Source: Phenylobacterium sp.
Lineage (GTDB): Bacteria; Pseudomonadota; Alphaproteobacteria; Caulobacterales; Caulobacteraceae
Reading direction: 5' to 3'
Assembly: GCF_035569475.1 (NCBI RefSeq)
Contig: NZ_DATMNA010000094.1
Span: forward strand, 20,125 to 84,124
DNA length: 64,000 nt
Made by a program: the position numbers and the translations under genes. The notes under the pieces are model-generated. The model ran no database searches. It saw only the letters and a program-made list of their open reading frames with translations, and was not told the DNA's origin. This document shows, in pieces, positions 47,666-57,174 of the stretch; within the stretch, counting starts at the first letter, position 1, and every line of letters starts with the position of its first letter.

Positions 47666-48310
47666 ATGGACGAGCGCTTCCTGCGCCTGCGCCAGGCCCG
47701 TCAGGCCAAGGGCTTCGACACGGCCGCCGCCGCGGCCGACGCCTTCGGCTGGAACCGCAACACCTATGGCTCGAACGAGAACGGCAACGCGCCCTTCTCC
47801 TATCGCCGGGCCAAGGAGTACGCCGCGGCCTTCGGCGTTCGGCCGGAATGGCTCTATGACGCGGCCGGCGCCATGCTGCCCGCCGCCGAGCCGGGCTTCG
47901 TGCCGATCATCGGCCGCGTGGGCGCCAACCCCGACGGGCTGGTGCTCTTCGCTACGGGTCAGGAGCCCGGCGACCTGGCGCCGATCCCGCCCGGCGGCAC
48001 CGAGCACGCCCGCGCCCTGCTGGTGGTCGGCCACTCCATGCGCGGCATCGCCGACGATGGGGCGCTGATCTATTTCGAGGACCAGAAGACCGCGCCCAGC
48101 CCCGACATGCTGGGCCATGTGGTGGTCGTCGAACTGGAGACCGAGGAGGTGCTCGTCAAGCGCCTGCTGCGCGGCTCGCGCTCCGGCCTCTACGACCTGG
48201 AAAGCATCGCCGGGCCCACTCGCCAGGACGCGCGCCTGCGCTGGGCGGCCCATATCACCGCCATCATCCCGCCCTTCCAGGCCCGCCGGATCATCCGCGG
48301 CGCGGCCTGA
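47666..48310 (+). CDS. CI/LexA-like repressor (HTH + S24 peptidase domain)
   Basis: N-terminal HTH; catalytic VVGHSM and VLVKRL. Confidence 0.88.
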   Translation: MDERFLRLRQARQAKGFDTAAAAADAFGWNRNTYGSNENGNAPFSYRRAKEYAAAFGVRPEWLYDAAGAMLPAAEPGFVPIIGRVGANPDGLVLFATGQEPGDLAPIPPGGTEHARALLVVGHSMRGIADDGALIYFEDQKTAPSPDMLGHVVVVELETEEVLVKRLLRGSRSGLYDLESIAGPTRQDARLRWAAHITAIIPPFQARRIIRGAA

Positions 48311-48337
48311 CGCCCGTCACGATGTAGGTTTTCTACG

Positions 48338-48892
48338 ATGTGCAACGAGTACCGGTTCAAACAGTCCCTGGACCATCTGGCCGACGTCTTCGGCCAGTTG
48401 AACATCCCGATCCACTGGGCCGGCGGCGCGCCGAACCTGGAGCCGCGCGATTCCATCCGCCCCACCGATCCGGCCCCGATCCTGGTCGGCGCTGGCGACG
48501 GCGCGGAGCTGAAGCAGCTTCGCTGGGGCTTCCCCAACCCGCACAAGGGCGGGCCGGTGATCAATTTCCGCTCCGACGGCCGCCGCTTCCCGGCCGGGCG
48601 CTGCCTGATCCCGGCCGACGGCTTCTACGAGTTCACCGGCCCCAAGGCCCCCAAGTCGAAGTGGCTGTTCACGGCCGCCGCCGGCGAACTCTTCTGTATC
48701 GCCGGACTGGTGCGCGACGACCGCTTCACCCTGCTGACCATGCCGCCGGGGCCGGACATCGCGGCGTTTCACGACCGCCAGATCGCCATCCTGCCGCAGG
48801 CGCTATGGGCGCCGTGGCTCGACACGGCCAAGCCGCAGCCGGAACTCCCGCCGCTTCCGGCCGGCAGCCTGAACGTCGTGCAGATTCGCTGA
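48338..48892 (+). CDS. SOS response-associated peptidase (SRAP/YedK)
   Basis: MC N-terminus, RCLIPADGFYE, HDR motifs. Confidence 0.9.
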   Translation: MCNEYRFKQSLDHLADVFGQLNIPIHWAGGAPNLEPRDSIRPTDPAPILVGAGDGAELKQLRWGFPNPHKGGPVINFRSDGRRFPAGRCLIPADGFYEFTGPKAPKSKWLFTAAAGELFCIAGLVRDDRFTLLTMPPGPDIAAFHDRQIAILPQALWAPWLDTAKPQPELPPLPAGSLNVVQIR

Positions 48893-48904
48893 GGCGCGCC
48901 GGCC

Positions 48905-49111
48905 CTACGGCAGGTCCTCGGCCAGGATCGCCATCTCGAACATGAACGAGCCGTCGCCGTCCTCGTCCTCGAACACCACGCCCACGAACTCCTCGCCGAT
49001 ATAGACCTCGGCGGAGTCCTTCTGCTTGGGCCGCGGCGTCAGCGTGATGCGGGCGTTGGCGAAGGTGCCGCGAAGATGGCCCTCGATCTTCCGGATCATT
49101 CGTTCGTCCAC
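48905..49111 (-). CDS. DUF3126 family protein
   Basis: DSAEVYIGEEFVGV...F.MAIL..DL; follows cysE. Confidence 0.82.
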   Translation of the reverse strand: MDERMIRKIEGHLRGTFANARITLTPRPKQKDSAEVYIGEEFVGVVFEDEDGDGSFMFEMAILAEDLP

Positions 49112-49192
49112 GCCCAGCTCCTTAAAGTCTTCAAAAGCGGCGCGAACCTAGCCGGTCGCGGCGCCCACGAAAACCAGGAACGGCGGAAATCC

Positions 49193-50026
49193 TCAGATCA
49201 CGTAGTCGTAGACGGCTTCGGCCAGGGTGTGATCCATGCTCTTGGCCGGTTCGTCGCAGGTCGGGCAGTTGACCAGTCGCGCCGGCACGCCGGCCGCGGT
49301 GCAGCCCGCCGGCACCGGCTTCAGCACCACCGAACCGGAGGCGATCTTGGCGTAGTCGCCGATCTCGATATTTCCCAGCACCTTGGCCCCGGCCCCCAGC
49401 AGGACGCCCTTGCCGATCTTCGGATGGCGATCGCCGCGCTCGGCGCCCGTGCCGCCCAGGGTCACGCCCTGCAGCATGGAGACGTCGTCGCCGATCACCG
49501 CGGTCTCGCCGATCACGATGCCGGTGCCGTGGTCGATGAACACGCCGCGCCCGATGCGGGTGGCGGGATGGATGTCCACCTGGAACAGCTCGCTCATCCG
49601 GCTCTGCAGATAGAGCGCCAGCGTCTCGCGGCCCTCCTCCCACAGCCAATGGGCGACCCGCTGGGTCTGCAGCGCCAGGAACCCCTTGAAGAACAGGAAG
49701 GGCTGCAGATAGCCCTTGCAGGCCGGGTCGCGCTCGAACACCGCCTTCAGGTCGGCTTCCGCCGTGGAGACCAGGCCTGGATTGGCCTCATAGGCGTCCT
49801 CCGCGATCTCGCGGATACTCATCGCCCGCAGCTCCTGGTCGCCCAGCTTGCGCGCGAGCTGGTAGGACAAGGCCCCGCCCAGCGTCTTGTGGTTCAGGAT
49901 CACCGCCGCCAGCAGGCTGGCCAGCGCCGCCTCCTTCTGGCCCGCGGCCTCGGCCTCGTTGCGCAGCGCCGCCCACACCGGCGGCGCATTGGCCGGGTTC
50001 ACGACTTCCAGGCGTTGCTGGCTCAT
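49193..50026 (-). CDS. cysE: Serine O-acetyltransferase
   Basis: RDPAC, DIHPA, IDHGTGIVIGET, GDRHPKIG. Confidence 0.95.
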   Translation of the reverse strand: MSQQRLEVVNPANAPPVWAALRNEAEAAGQKEAALASLLAAVILNHKTLGGALSYQLARKLGDQELRAMSIREIAEDAYEANPGLVSTAEADLKAVFERDPACKGYLQPFLFFKGFLALQTQRVAHWLWEEGRETLALYLQSRMSELFQVDIHPATRIGRGVFIDHGTGIVIGETAVIGDDVSMLQGVTLGGTGAERGDRHPKIGKGVLLGAGAKVLGNIEIGDYAKIASGSVVLKPVPAGCTAAGVPARLVNCPTCDEPAKSMDHTLAEAVYDYVI

Positions 50027-50056
50027 CTGGTCCTCCCGCCCCATGAGGCGTTTCCC

Positions 50057-50671
50057 CTATCCTAGCATGGCGCGCCCCAGCGCGCCCGGCAAAGACCCTT
50101 CCCGAGCCATATGGTAGCCCCGCAGCAGCATCGCCACCGTCAGCATGTCGGGAAGGTATCCGGCCATCGCCGCCTCCAGCGCCTCGCGGAACGGCACGCG
50201 GGCCAGGGCGATCGCCTCGGTCTCGTCGGCCGCGTGGGCCGCGGCGGCCTGGGAAAGCCCCAGCGCCAGGTAACCGACCATCCGCTCGTCGGTGACCGAA
50301 TTGGAAAGCTGGGTGCGCAGCACCTCGCGCCACTCGGCCGCCGCCAGGCCGGTCTCCTCGGCCAGTTCGCGCTTGGCGCCCTCCAGCGGATCCTCGTCCA
50401 GCGGCGCGCCGCCTTCCGGCAGCTCCCAGCTATAGTCGCCCAGCGGAAACCGGTGCTGGCCGACCAGCACCACCGTCCCGTCCTCGTGGATCGGCATCAC
50501 CGCCACGGCCAGGTTCTTGAACCGCACCATCCCATAGGGCGAGGCCCTGCCCGTGGGCGCGATGGCCGTCTGCTCGATCACCTGGATCCAGTCGCTCTCG
50601 AACGCCAGGCGCTCGACCCCGGGCTTCCATGGCTCGCCGTGCGGCCGCAGCCAGGCGGGTTTGTCGGCCAT
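50057..50671 (-). CDS. NUDIX hydrolase
   Basis: ELPEGG...AKRELAEETG Nudix box. Confidence 0.92.
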   Translation of the reverse strand: MADKPAWLRPHGEPWKPGVERLAFESDWIQVIEQTAIAPTGRASPYGMVRFKNLAVAVMPIHEDGTVVLVGQHRFPLGDYSWELPEGGAPLDEDPLEGAKRELAEETGLAAAEWREVLRTQLSNSVTDERMVGYLALGLSQAAAAHAADETEAIALARVPFREALEAAMAGYLPDMLTVAMLLRGYHMAREGSLPGALGRAMLG

Positions 50672-50755
50672 GCTCGGCGCCTCTCCTTGCGGTGCGGGCG
50701 GGCGCACCCATAAAGGAGCCATCCTATCGTCTTCTTAAAGCCCGCGAGGCCTCCC

Positions 50756-51373
50756 GTGACCGTCGCCCTGCCGCCTGCCCCCCAATTCGGCGCGCCCGTC
50801 CCCCAGGCGCCGGCGCCCGAGGTGCTCCGATTCCTGGCGACCCGCCGCTCGGCCTCCGCCGTGACCCTCAATGCGCCGGCGCCCAGCGCCGATGAGCTGG
50901 ACATCCTCCTGCGCCTGGCCGCGCGGGTTCCGGACCACGGAAAGCTCGCCCCCTGGCGCTTCGTGATCCTCGATGGACAGGCCAAGGCCGCCTTCGCCGC
51001 GCGCCTCGAGGCGCTGGCCCTCTCGCGCGACGACGCGACCGCCGCCGCCAAGCTCGCCAAGTTGAAGATTCCGCCGCTCTGCGTGGCAGTCATCGCCTCG
51101 CCTCGGGAAGCGCCGATCCCCGCCTGGGAGCAGGAGCTGTCGGCCGGCGCCGCCTGCACGACCCTGCTCTACGGCGCCCAGGCCCTCGGCTATGGCGCGA
51201 ACTGGATCACCGACTGGTACGCCTACGACGCCCAGGCCAACGCCATCCTGGGGCTCTCCGGGGCGGAGAGAGTGGCCGGCTTCGTCCTGATGGGCACCCC
51301 GCGCGAGCCGCCGATGGAGCGCGAACGCCCCGATGTCGCCGCGCTGGTCAGCCGCTGGCGCGACGCCGGCTAG
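50756..51373 (+). CDS. Nitroreductase (YdjA-like)
   Basis: TRRS, RVPDHGKLAPWRF, GYGANWIT. Confidence 0.92.
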   Translation: MTVALPPAPQFGAPVPQAPAPEVLRFLATRRSASAVTLNAPAPSADELDILLRLAARVPDHGKLAPWRFVILDGQAKAAFAARLEALALSRDDATAAAKLAKLKIPPLCVAVIASPREAPIPAWEQELSAGAACTTLLYGAQALGYGANWITDWYAYDAQANAILGLSGAERVAGFVLMGTPREPPMERERPDVAALVSRWRDAG

Positions 51374-51498
51374 CCCCGCCTTCCGCGCGCCAGTCCGTCT
51401 GTCTCGCGGCGATGAGCGCGTTCACCGGCCGGCCGGCCGCCTCGACCTCGGCAAGGCGCCGCAGGTCAAGCTAGCGCCGGGTTCGCGTTGCCTGGCAA

Positions 51499-53223
51499 TT
51501 AACCTCCGACCGGACCCGCGGTGGTCGCGACCAATGGCGGCGGTTGCTCCGGCTGAACCTCCGGTGCGCCGCGCGGCACGACAAACTGTAGGACGGCGCC
51601 CTGCGGCGTGTTCACGTCCGCCCACAATTGCCCGCCGTGGGCCTCGACGATCGAGCGGCAGATGGAAAGGCCCATGCCCAGGCCGCCGGGCTTGGTCGTG
51701 TAGAACGCCTCGAACAGCCGCTCGAGCTTGACGGGATCCAACCCGGGACCCGTATCCCGCACCGCGACCAGCACGCCGCCCGCGTCGGCCTTCACAGTGC
51801 TGACCCGCAACTCGCGCGCCCCTTCGCCTACGCCGCGCATCGCCTCGATGGCGTTGAGGATCAGGTTCAGAATCACCTGCTGCAATTGCACCCGATCCCC
51901 TTGGATGCGCGGCAGGCCTTCGGCTAGCTGGGTCTGCACCGCGATGCCGTGCTTCACCACCTCGCCATGGAGCAGGACGATGACCTCGCAGATGACTTCG
52001 TTGAGCGCCAGGGCCTCCTTGCGTGGGGGCGCCTTTTCGACCAGGGCCCGGATCCGGTCGATCACCTCGCTGGCGCGCAGGCCGTCCCCGGCGACGCGCT
52101 CAAGCGCCTGCCGCACTTCCTCCAGCTCCGGCGGCTGGGCGCCGAGCCAGCGCAGCGCCGCCTGAGCATTCACCACCGTCGCGGCGATCGGCTGCTTGAC
52201 CTCGTGCGCGATCGAGGCGGTGAGCTGCCCCATGGTCGCGACGCGGTTGGCGTGCGCCAGCGCCTGCCGTTCTTCCTCCGCCCGCCGGCGCTCGGTCACA
52301 TCCATCGCGGTTCCCACGAATTCAAAGAATTCGCCGGATTCGTCGAACACAGGATGGCCTACTATATGAATATTCTTGATTCTTCCATCTGGCATCAGCA
52401 ACCGGTGTTCAAAGTCGAGATGTTTTTTGCCCTGCGTTGCGAGATCTATTGTTTTCTGAACACGCGCTCTGTCGTACGGATGCGTTCGTTGTAAAATGAA
52501 CTCTACTGTCGGCTGATCGTCTCGGTCGCATTCCAGGATTCGAAAGGTTTCCTCCGACCAGGACAGTTTCCCGCTGGAAGCATCCCAGCCAAAACTGCCC
52601 GTATGGCTTAGCCGCTGCGCTGCGGCCAAGTAGGCCTCGCTGCGTTGTAATTCGATGGTCCGCTCCGCCACTCGCATCTCGAGTTCGTCGCGGGCTTTGC
52701 GAAGCTGGCGCTCGCTCTCGCGTAACGCTTCCTCGGCGCTGCGGTGATTGTGAACGAGGTCCGCCATCCGAAAGGCCGTCGCGGCATGGTTCGCCGCCAC
52801 GGAGAGCAGCAGTTGGTCGGTTTCGGTGGGAAAGCCCGCGCGATCACACGCCGCCGCAACCAGACCGCTCTCGCCGTCAATCCCGACGGGAATGACAATG
52901 CCGCAGCCTCCCTGCGCGCCGCCGCGGATGTCGGCGACGACTTCCGTGCGCGACAGGCGGCCGTGGGCGGCGAAATACTGCTGCCGCCATTCCGGAAATG
53001 CGCGCCATGCGCTTCCACGCGCGATTTCGACCGCGGCGCCCCCGCCGGGGCCGGACAAACGAACGAAAGCGAAGTCGAGATACAACGTATTGACCAGCAC
53101 ATCGGCGAGCCCGGAAGCGATGGCAGGCGGTTCTCTTCCGACCCACGCCGCTGGGACGCTCGACAGCGCCACGAGGTCTCGGAGTGCTCTTTGCAGCCGA
53201 AGCACATCGGGCTCGGGACCCAT
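51499..53223 (-). CDS. PAS-domain sensor histidine kinase
   Basis: MGQLTASIAHEVKQP, NLILNA, FYTTKPGGLGMGLSI. Confidence 0.9.
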   Translation of the reverse strand: MGPEPDVLRLQRALRDLVALSSVPAAWVGREPPAIASGLADVLVNTLYLDFAFVRLSGPGGGAAVEIARGSAWRAFPEWRQQYFAAHGRLSRTEVVADIRGGAQGGCGIVIPVGIDGESGLVAAACDRAGFPTETDQLLLSVAANHAATAFRMADLVHNHRSAEEALRESERQLRKARDELEMRVAERTIELQRSEAYLAAAQRLSHTGSFGWDASSGKLSWSEETFRILECDRDDQPTVEFILQRTHPYDRARVQKTIDLATQGKKHLDFEHRLLMPDGRIKNIHIVGHPVFDESGEFFEFVGTAMDVTERRRAEEERQALAHANRVATMGQLTASIAHEVKQPIAATVVNAQAALRWLGAQPPELEEVRQALERVAGDGLRASEVIDRIRALVEKAPPRKEALALNEVICEVIVLLHGEVVKHGIAVQTQLAEGLPRIQGDRVQLQQVILNLILNAIEAMRGVGEGARELRVSTVKADAGGVLVAVRDTGPGLDPVKLERLFEAFYTTKPGGLGMGLSICRSIVEAHGGQLWADVNTPQGAVLQFVVPRGAPEVQPEQPPPLVATTAGPVGG

Positions 53224-53239
53224 TGGCGCTCCCTCGTGA

Positions 53240-53881
53240 TTATTGCATTCGTGCGGACCCGCCTCGCTCCCGGAGTTCGAGCAGAAGCTGGTCTGGGGGA
53301 ACGAAGTACGGATTCTCGTGCAGCACTTCTCCGACAATCACGACCGGGTGAGTCCGCATGACGTCCATCACCACGCTGGCGCTGAACTTCGACAGGTCAT
53401 AGGCGCAGATCACCGGATCAGCATATTTGGGAAGCAGGTAATTGAGGCGTGTCTCATATTCCACCAGGTCGCCCACGCCTGGGTTGTCGCGCAGCGCCCA
53501 TTCCATATGCGCCACCAACCGCGTAAGCGGATAACCGGAAGCCGCCCCCGACTGGAGCACCTCTTCGATCAAGGCGAGCATCGCATCTTGATCGAAGCGA
53601 TCGTCACGCAGGTAAGTGTCCTGCCAGCGCCGCAGTTCGAGCTGGCCCGTATCCATCGCCTGCGCCACGTCAATGCCGGCGTCGGCGAGTCGCCTGAGAT
53701 GATCTTCCCGCAGATCAGGGTCCACGAGGTGGCAAGCTTTGTCCCCCCGCTCAAAGCCCTCTTTGATGAACGAGCGAAGCACCCTGTGCTCCTCGTCGGC
53801 GCTGTTGAAGAAAGCGCAAATGTGACGGTGCTGACCGAGAACGCCCCCGGCGCATCGCATGGAACCGCCGTTCGTCGCCAT
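53240..53881 (-). CDS. MEDS domain protein
   Basis: RHICAFF, HMEWAL, EYETRLN, ICAYDL, THP motifs. Confidence 0.88.
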   Translation of the reverse strand: MATNGGSMRCAGGVLGQHRHICAFFNSADEEHRVLRSFIKEGFERGDKACHLVDPDLREDHLRRLADAGIDVAQAMDTGQLELRRWQDTYLRDDRFDQDAMLALIEEVLQSGAASGYPLTRLVAHMEWALRDNPGVGDLVEYETRLNYLLPKYADPVICAYDLSKFSASVVMDVMRTHPVVIVGEVLHENPYFVPPDQLLLELRERGGSARMQ

Positions 53882-54271
53882 TTTCACCTCCTGCCGCTTC
53901 ACCTCCTGCCGCCAGCTTAACCTTGGCCAGTTCTGGTAAAGTCGCGCTGTCGGCGTGTCTCTAAGTCGAGTTGATCCATGCGAGCGGCATCGACCCAGGG
54001 GCCCTGCTCCGATGCCGCCCGCAAGGAGCGCGCGCTCTGAATGCCACCGAAGTATACGCCGCGATCAGGAGGCTGGGAATGAGATCGCCAGAGGCAGCCG
54101 GCAGGCCTCGCGCATCGAGCGCCCGCATGAAGCCGCCCCTTCGGAACGATGCCAGGTTCCGCTTATGGGCCAGTCGGTCCAGCCGGAATACAGGGACACG
54201 ACACCTCTCCCCAGAGAGAATTGCGGCCGCAGGCATGGGGATGAGCATCGTGTCCCATCATCCTGGGGCTC

Positions 54272-54988
54272 TCAGGTCATCTTGGGGCTCTCAGGCGCGG
54301 AGCGGATGGCCGGCTTCGTCCTGATGGGCGCCCCGCGCGAGCCGCCGGATGCGGCGGTGAAAACCGCCAACTGCGCGGCGAAAGCACGCTGGTAGGCGGG
54401 CCGCGCCTCGCCGCGGGCGAGATAGGCAGAGAGGTTCGGATATTCCTCCAAAATGCCCGATCCGCTCAACCTGAGCAGCACCGACACCATCAGCAGATCA
54501 CCGGCGCTGAACTCACCGTCGAGCCAGTCGGCGTCGCCAAGGCGATCGGAAAGTTCGCCAAGCCGACCGCGGATGCGATCCTCGACAAGGGGAAGGCGCT
54601 GCTCGTGCCAGGTCCTGTCGCGCTCCACGAGAATGGCGGTTGTGCGATCTACGATCGGCGGCTCCATCGTGCTTAGGGCGGCGAACATCCATGATATCGC
54701 CCGCGCCCGGGCGTTCGCATCGTCCGGCAGCAGGCCCGCGTGGCGCTCGGCGATATGGAGCACGATGGCGCCCGACTCGAACAGCGCGAGATCGCCGTCT
54801 TCATAGGTCGGGATCTGCCCGAAAGGATGGAGCGCACGATGCGCGGCTTCCTTCATTTCACCGAACGAAAGCAGACGGACGTCGTAAGGCTGGCCAACTT
54901 CCTCAAACGCCCAGCGAACGCGCATGTCACGCGCCAGTCCCCTGCCGCGATCGGGAGATCGTTCGAAGGCGGTGATGGTGGGGCTCAT
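54272..54988 (-). CDS. Glutathione S-transferase family protein
   Basis: ARDMRVRWAFEE, HPFGQIP, LFESGAI; 3' end runs into the duplicated nitroreductase segment. Confidence 0.88.
   Translation of the reverse strand: MSPTITAFERSPDRGRGLARDMRVRWAFEEVGQPYDVRLLSFGEMKEAAHRALHPFGQIPTYEDGDLALFESGAIVLHIAERHAGLLPDDANARARAISWMFAALSTMEPPIVDRTTAILVERDRTWHEQRLPLVEDRIRGRLGELSDRLGDADWLDGEFSAGDLLMVSVLLRLSGSGILEEYPNLSAYLARGEARPAYQRAFAAQLAVFTAASGGSRGAPIRTKPAIRSAPESPKMT
54278..54347 (+). repeat. Imperfect 70-bp copy of nitroreductase 3' segment (51244-51313)
   Basis: 63/70 identity by manual alignment; preceded by a 19-bp tandem duplication (54258-54295). Confidence 0.85.
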
Positions 54989-55591
54989 CGGGGCGCTCCG
55001 CGCGACGGCATGACGCCGTTCAGCGTGACACGGGTCATGGCGGTCGTCTTCCGCATTGCCTCTCTCCGGGTCTTCGTATCCCGAGGACGAACGACCGGCG
55101 GGCCTCACGACACGCGCTCGAATTTTTCGCGCGGACCGTCCTTGGCGCCTCGGCCGGGCTGGAGCCTTCGAGCTCGGATGTTCGGGGCCTGCACTCGACG
55201 GGCGCCGTCGCGACGCGCCGCGCCGTCTCAGGCGGCCATGGCCGCGGCCCGGGTTTCGCTGGGGTGAGAGGGGCCAGGAACGGATCCTGAGGCCCTGAAA
55301 ACACAACGGCCGGGCGGCGCGAGGCGCCGTCCGGCCTGAGGTGACACGCCCGAGGAGAGATGGGCGCTCCGGTTATAGGCGCGATTAACGGATTTGCAAA
55401 GCCCGAAGCGGCGGATCGACAGCAGCCGCGGCTTTTCCCCTCAGAGGAGAATCGCCCACCCGCAGTCCTCATCTGATTTCGATAGGATTTCCTAGAATAA
55501 ACGCCGAGCAGGAAAGTTTAACTGGCCCGAACCTCAGTAGTTTGGGGATCCGAACTGGGGCCACGCCCAATCCAGTTGCTGATCGCGAGAC

Positions 55592-56047
55592 TCAGCCCCG
55601 TCCACGATAGGGCGCCACGCCTTGGTCGGGCAGCCACAAGCCTTCCGGGGGCGGGCCGCTTTGCCAGAACACGTCGATCGGGATGCCGCCGCGTGGAAAC
55701 CAGTACCCGCCAATACGCAGCCAGCGCGGTTCGGCGACGGCGACGATCCGCCGCCCGATCGCCACGGTGCAGTCCTCGTGGAACGCCCCGTGGTCGCGGA
55801 ACGAGGTCAGGTAGAGCTTCAGCGACTTCGATTCGATCAGCCACTCGCCCGGGGCGTAGTCGATCACCAGATGGGCGAAGTCCGGCTGGCCGGTGACCGG
55901 GCAGAGCGAGGTGAACTCGGGCGCCACGAACCGCGCCAGGTACAGGGTGTCGGCCTGCGGGTTGGCCACGCGTTCCAGCACCGCCTCGTCGGGGCTCGCG
56001 AAGCCGCGCACCTCGCGGCCAAGCTGGGTCAGGCGGGTCTCGTCCAT
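55592..56047 (-). CDS. queF: preQ0 reductase
   Basis: [34 protein letters not shown]. Confidence 0.96.
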   Translation of the reverse strand: MDETRLTQLGREVRGFASPDEAVLERVANPQADTLYLARFVAPEFTSLCPVTGQPDFAHLVIDYAPGEWLIESKSLKLYLTSFRDHGAFHEDCTVAIGRRIVAVAEPRWLRIGGYWFPRGGIPIDVFWQSGPPPEGLWLPDQGVAPYRGRG

Positions 56048-56140
56048 GCGCGCGGCTTTAGCCCTCGCGGGAGGCGCCCGCAACCGAGACAGCCGGCCGG
56101 CTTGTCGCTATCAAGCCCGCAAAACCAGGTGGAGGCGATC

Positions 56141-56941
56141 ATGTCCGGCGGCGCTTGCGAAGACTTCGTGGTGGTGGTGACAGGCGCCTCGACCGGCCTC
56201 GGCCGCTCGATCGCCGTGGAGACCGCCCGCCAGGGCGCGAAGGCCGTGGTGATCAACTACGCCCGCAGCGAGGCCGAGGCCCAGGAGACCGCCCGCCTCG
56301 TGGAGGCCGAGGGCGCCAAGGCCGTGATCGTCCAGGGCGACGTGGCGTCCGACGCCGATTGCCGCAAGATCGCCGCGGCCGCCGAGCCCTTCGGCCGCGT
56401 CGACGCCCTGTTCAACAACGCCGGCACGACCCGGTTCGCCAACCACGCCGACCTCGACGCGGTGTCCGGCCAGGATTTCCTCGACCTCTATGCGATCAAT
56501 GTCGTGGGGGCCTTCCAGATGGTCCGCGCCTGCCGGACCCTGCTGGAGGCCGCGCCGCAGCCCGGCGCGGTGGTCAACACCGCCTCGATCGCGGGCGTCG
56601 TCGGCAACGGCTCGTCTGTTCCCTACGCCGCGTCCAAGGGCGCCTTGACCACCATGACGCTCTCTCTCGCCCGTGCGTTGGGCCCCAGGATCCGGGTCAA
56701 CGCGGTCTGTCCCGGCTTCATCGACACGCCCTGGTTCGGCAAGGGCCTCCCGGAGGCCGCGGTCGACCGCATCCGCGCCAATGCGGCGGCCAGCACGCCG
56801 CTTCGGGTCGCCTCGACGCCCGACGACATCGCCGTCTCCACCGTCTTCCTGGCCTCCAGGGCCTCGCGGCACGTAACCGGCGAGACCCTGCTGGTCGACG
56901 GCGGCCTGCATCTGGGCTTCGCCCCGCAAGTCGCCCGCTGA
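56141..56941 (+). CDS. SDR family oxidoreductase
   Basis: TGASTGLG, NNAG, YAASK. Confidence 0.93.
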   Translation: MSGGACEDFVVVVTGASTGLGRSIAVETARQGAKAVVINYARSEAEAQETARLVEAEGAKAVIVQGDVASDADCRKIAAAAEPFGRVDALFNNAGTTRFANHADLDAVSGQDFLDLYAINVVGAFQMVRACRTLLEAAPQPGAVVNTASIAGVVGNGSSVPYAASKGALTTMTLSLARALGPRIRVNAVCPGFIDTPWFGKGLPEAAVDRIRANAAASTPLRVASTPDDIAVSTVFLASRASRHVTGETLLVDGGLHLGFAPQVAR

Positions 56942-57174
56942 CGACAGCGGCCGACCACGCGGCCGGCCGGCGATCTCCGCGCCTCCCGGCGCTTCGCGGC
57001 GCCCGAATGGATGGCGCCCGCCCCCTCAGGCGCCCAAACATTGATCAGGGCCCGCAAGCACGGCCGTACCCGGATGGCGACCGTTGATCTCGAGGGTCGG
57101 CCCGCGACGATGTCCGCGCACGGTCGGATCCAGTCAAACTGGACAGCACAGGCCGGGGAAAAGGGGATATATCA

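Larger units (their letters stand above)
26161..48892. mobile_element. Fragmented podovirus-like prophage relic interleaved with host-type genes
   Basis: CI-like, DUF6456-like, terS, terL, tail, ejection and lysis genes in temperate-phage order; no integrase, att duplication, portal or capsid seen. Confidence 0.7.

Noticed and set aside
55330-55460. Possible glycine or preQ1 riboswitch near queF
   Set aside because: Only scattered GGAGA/CTCAG words, no consistent aptamer, and it lies downstream of queF
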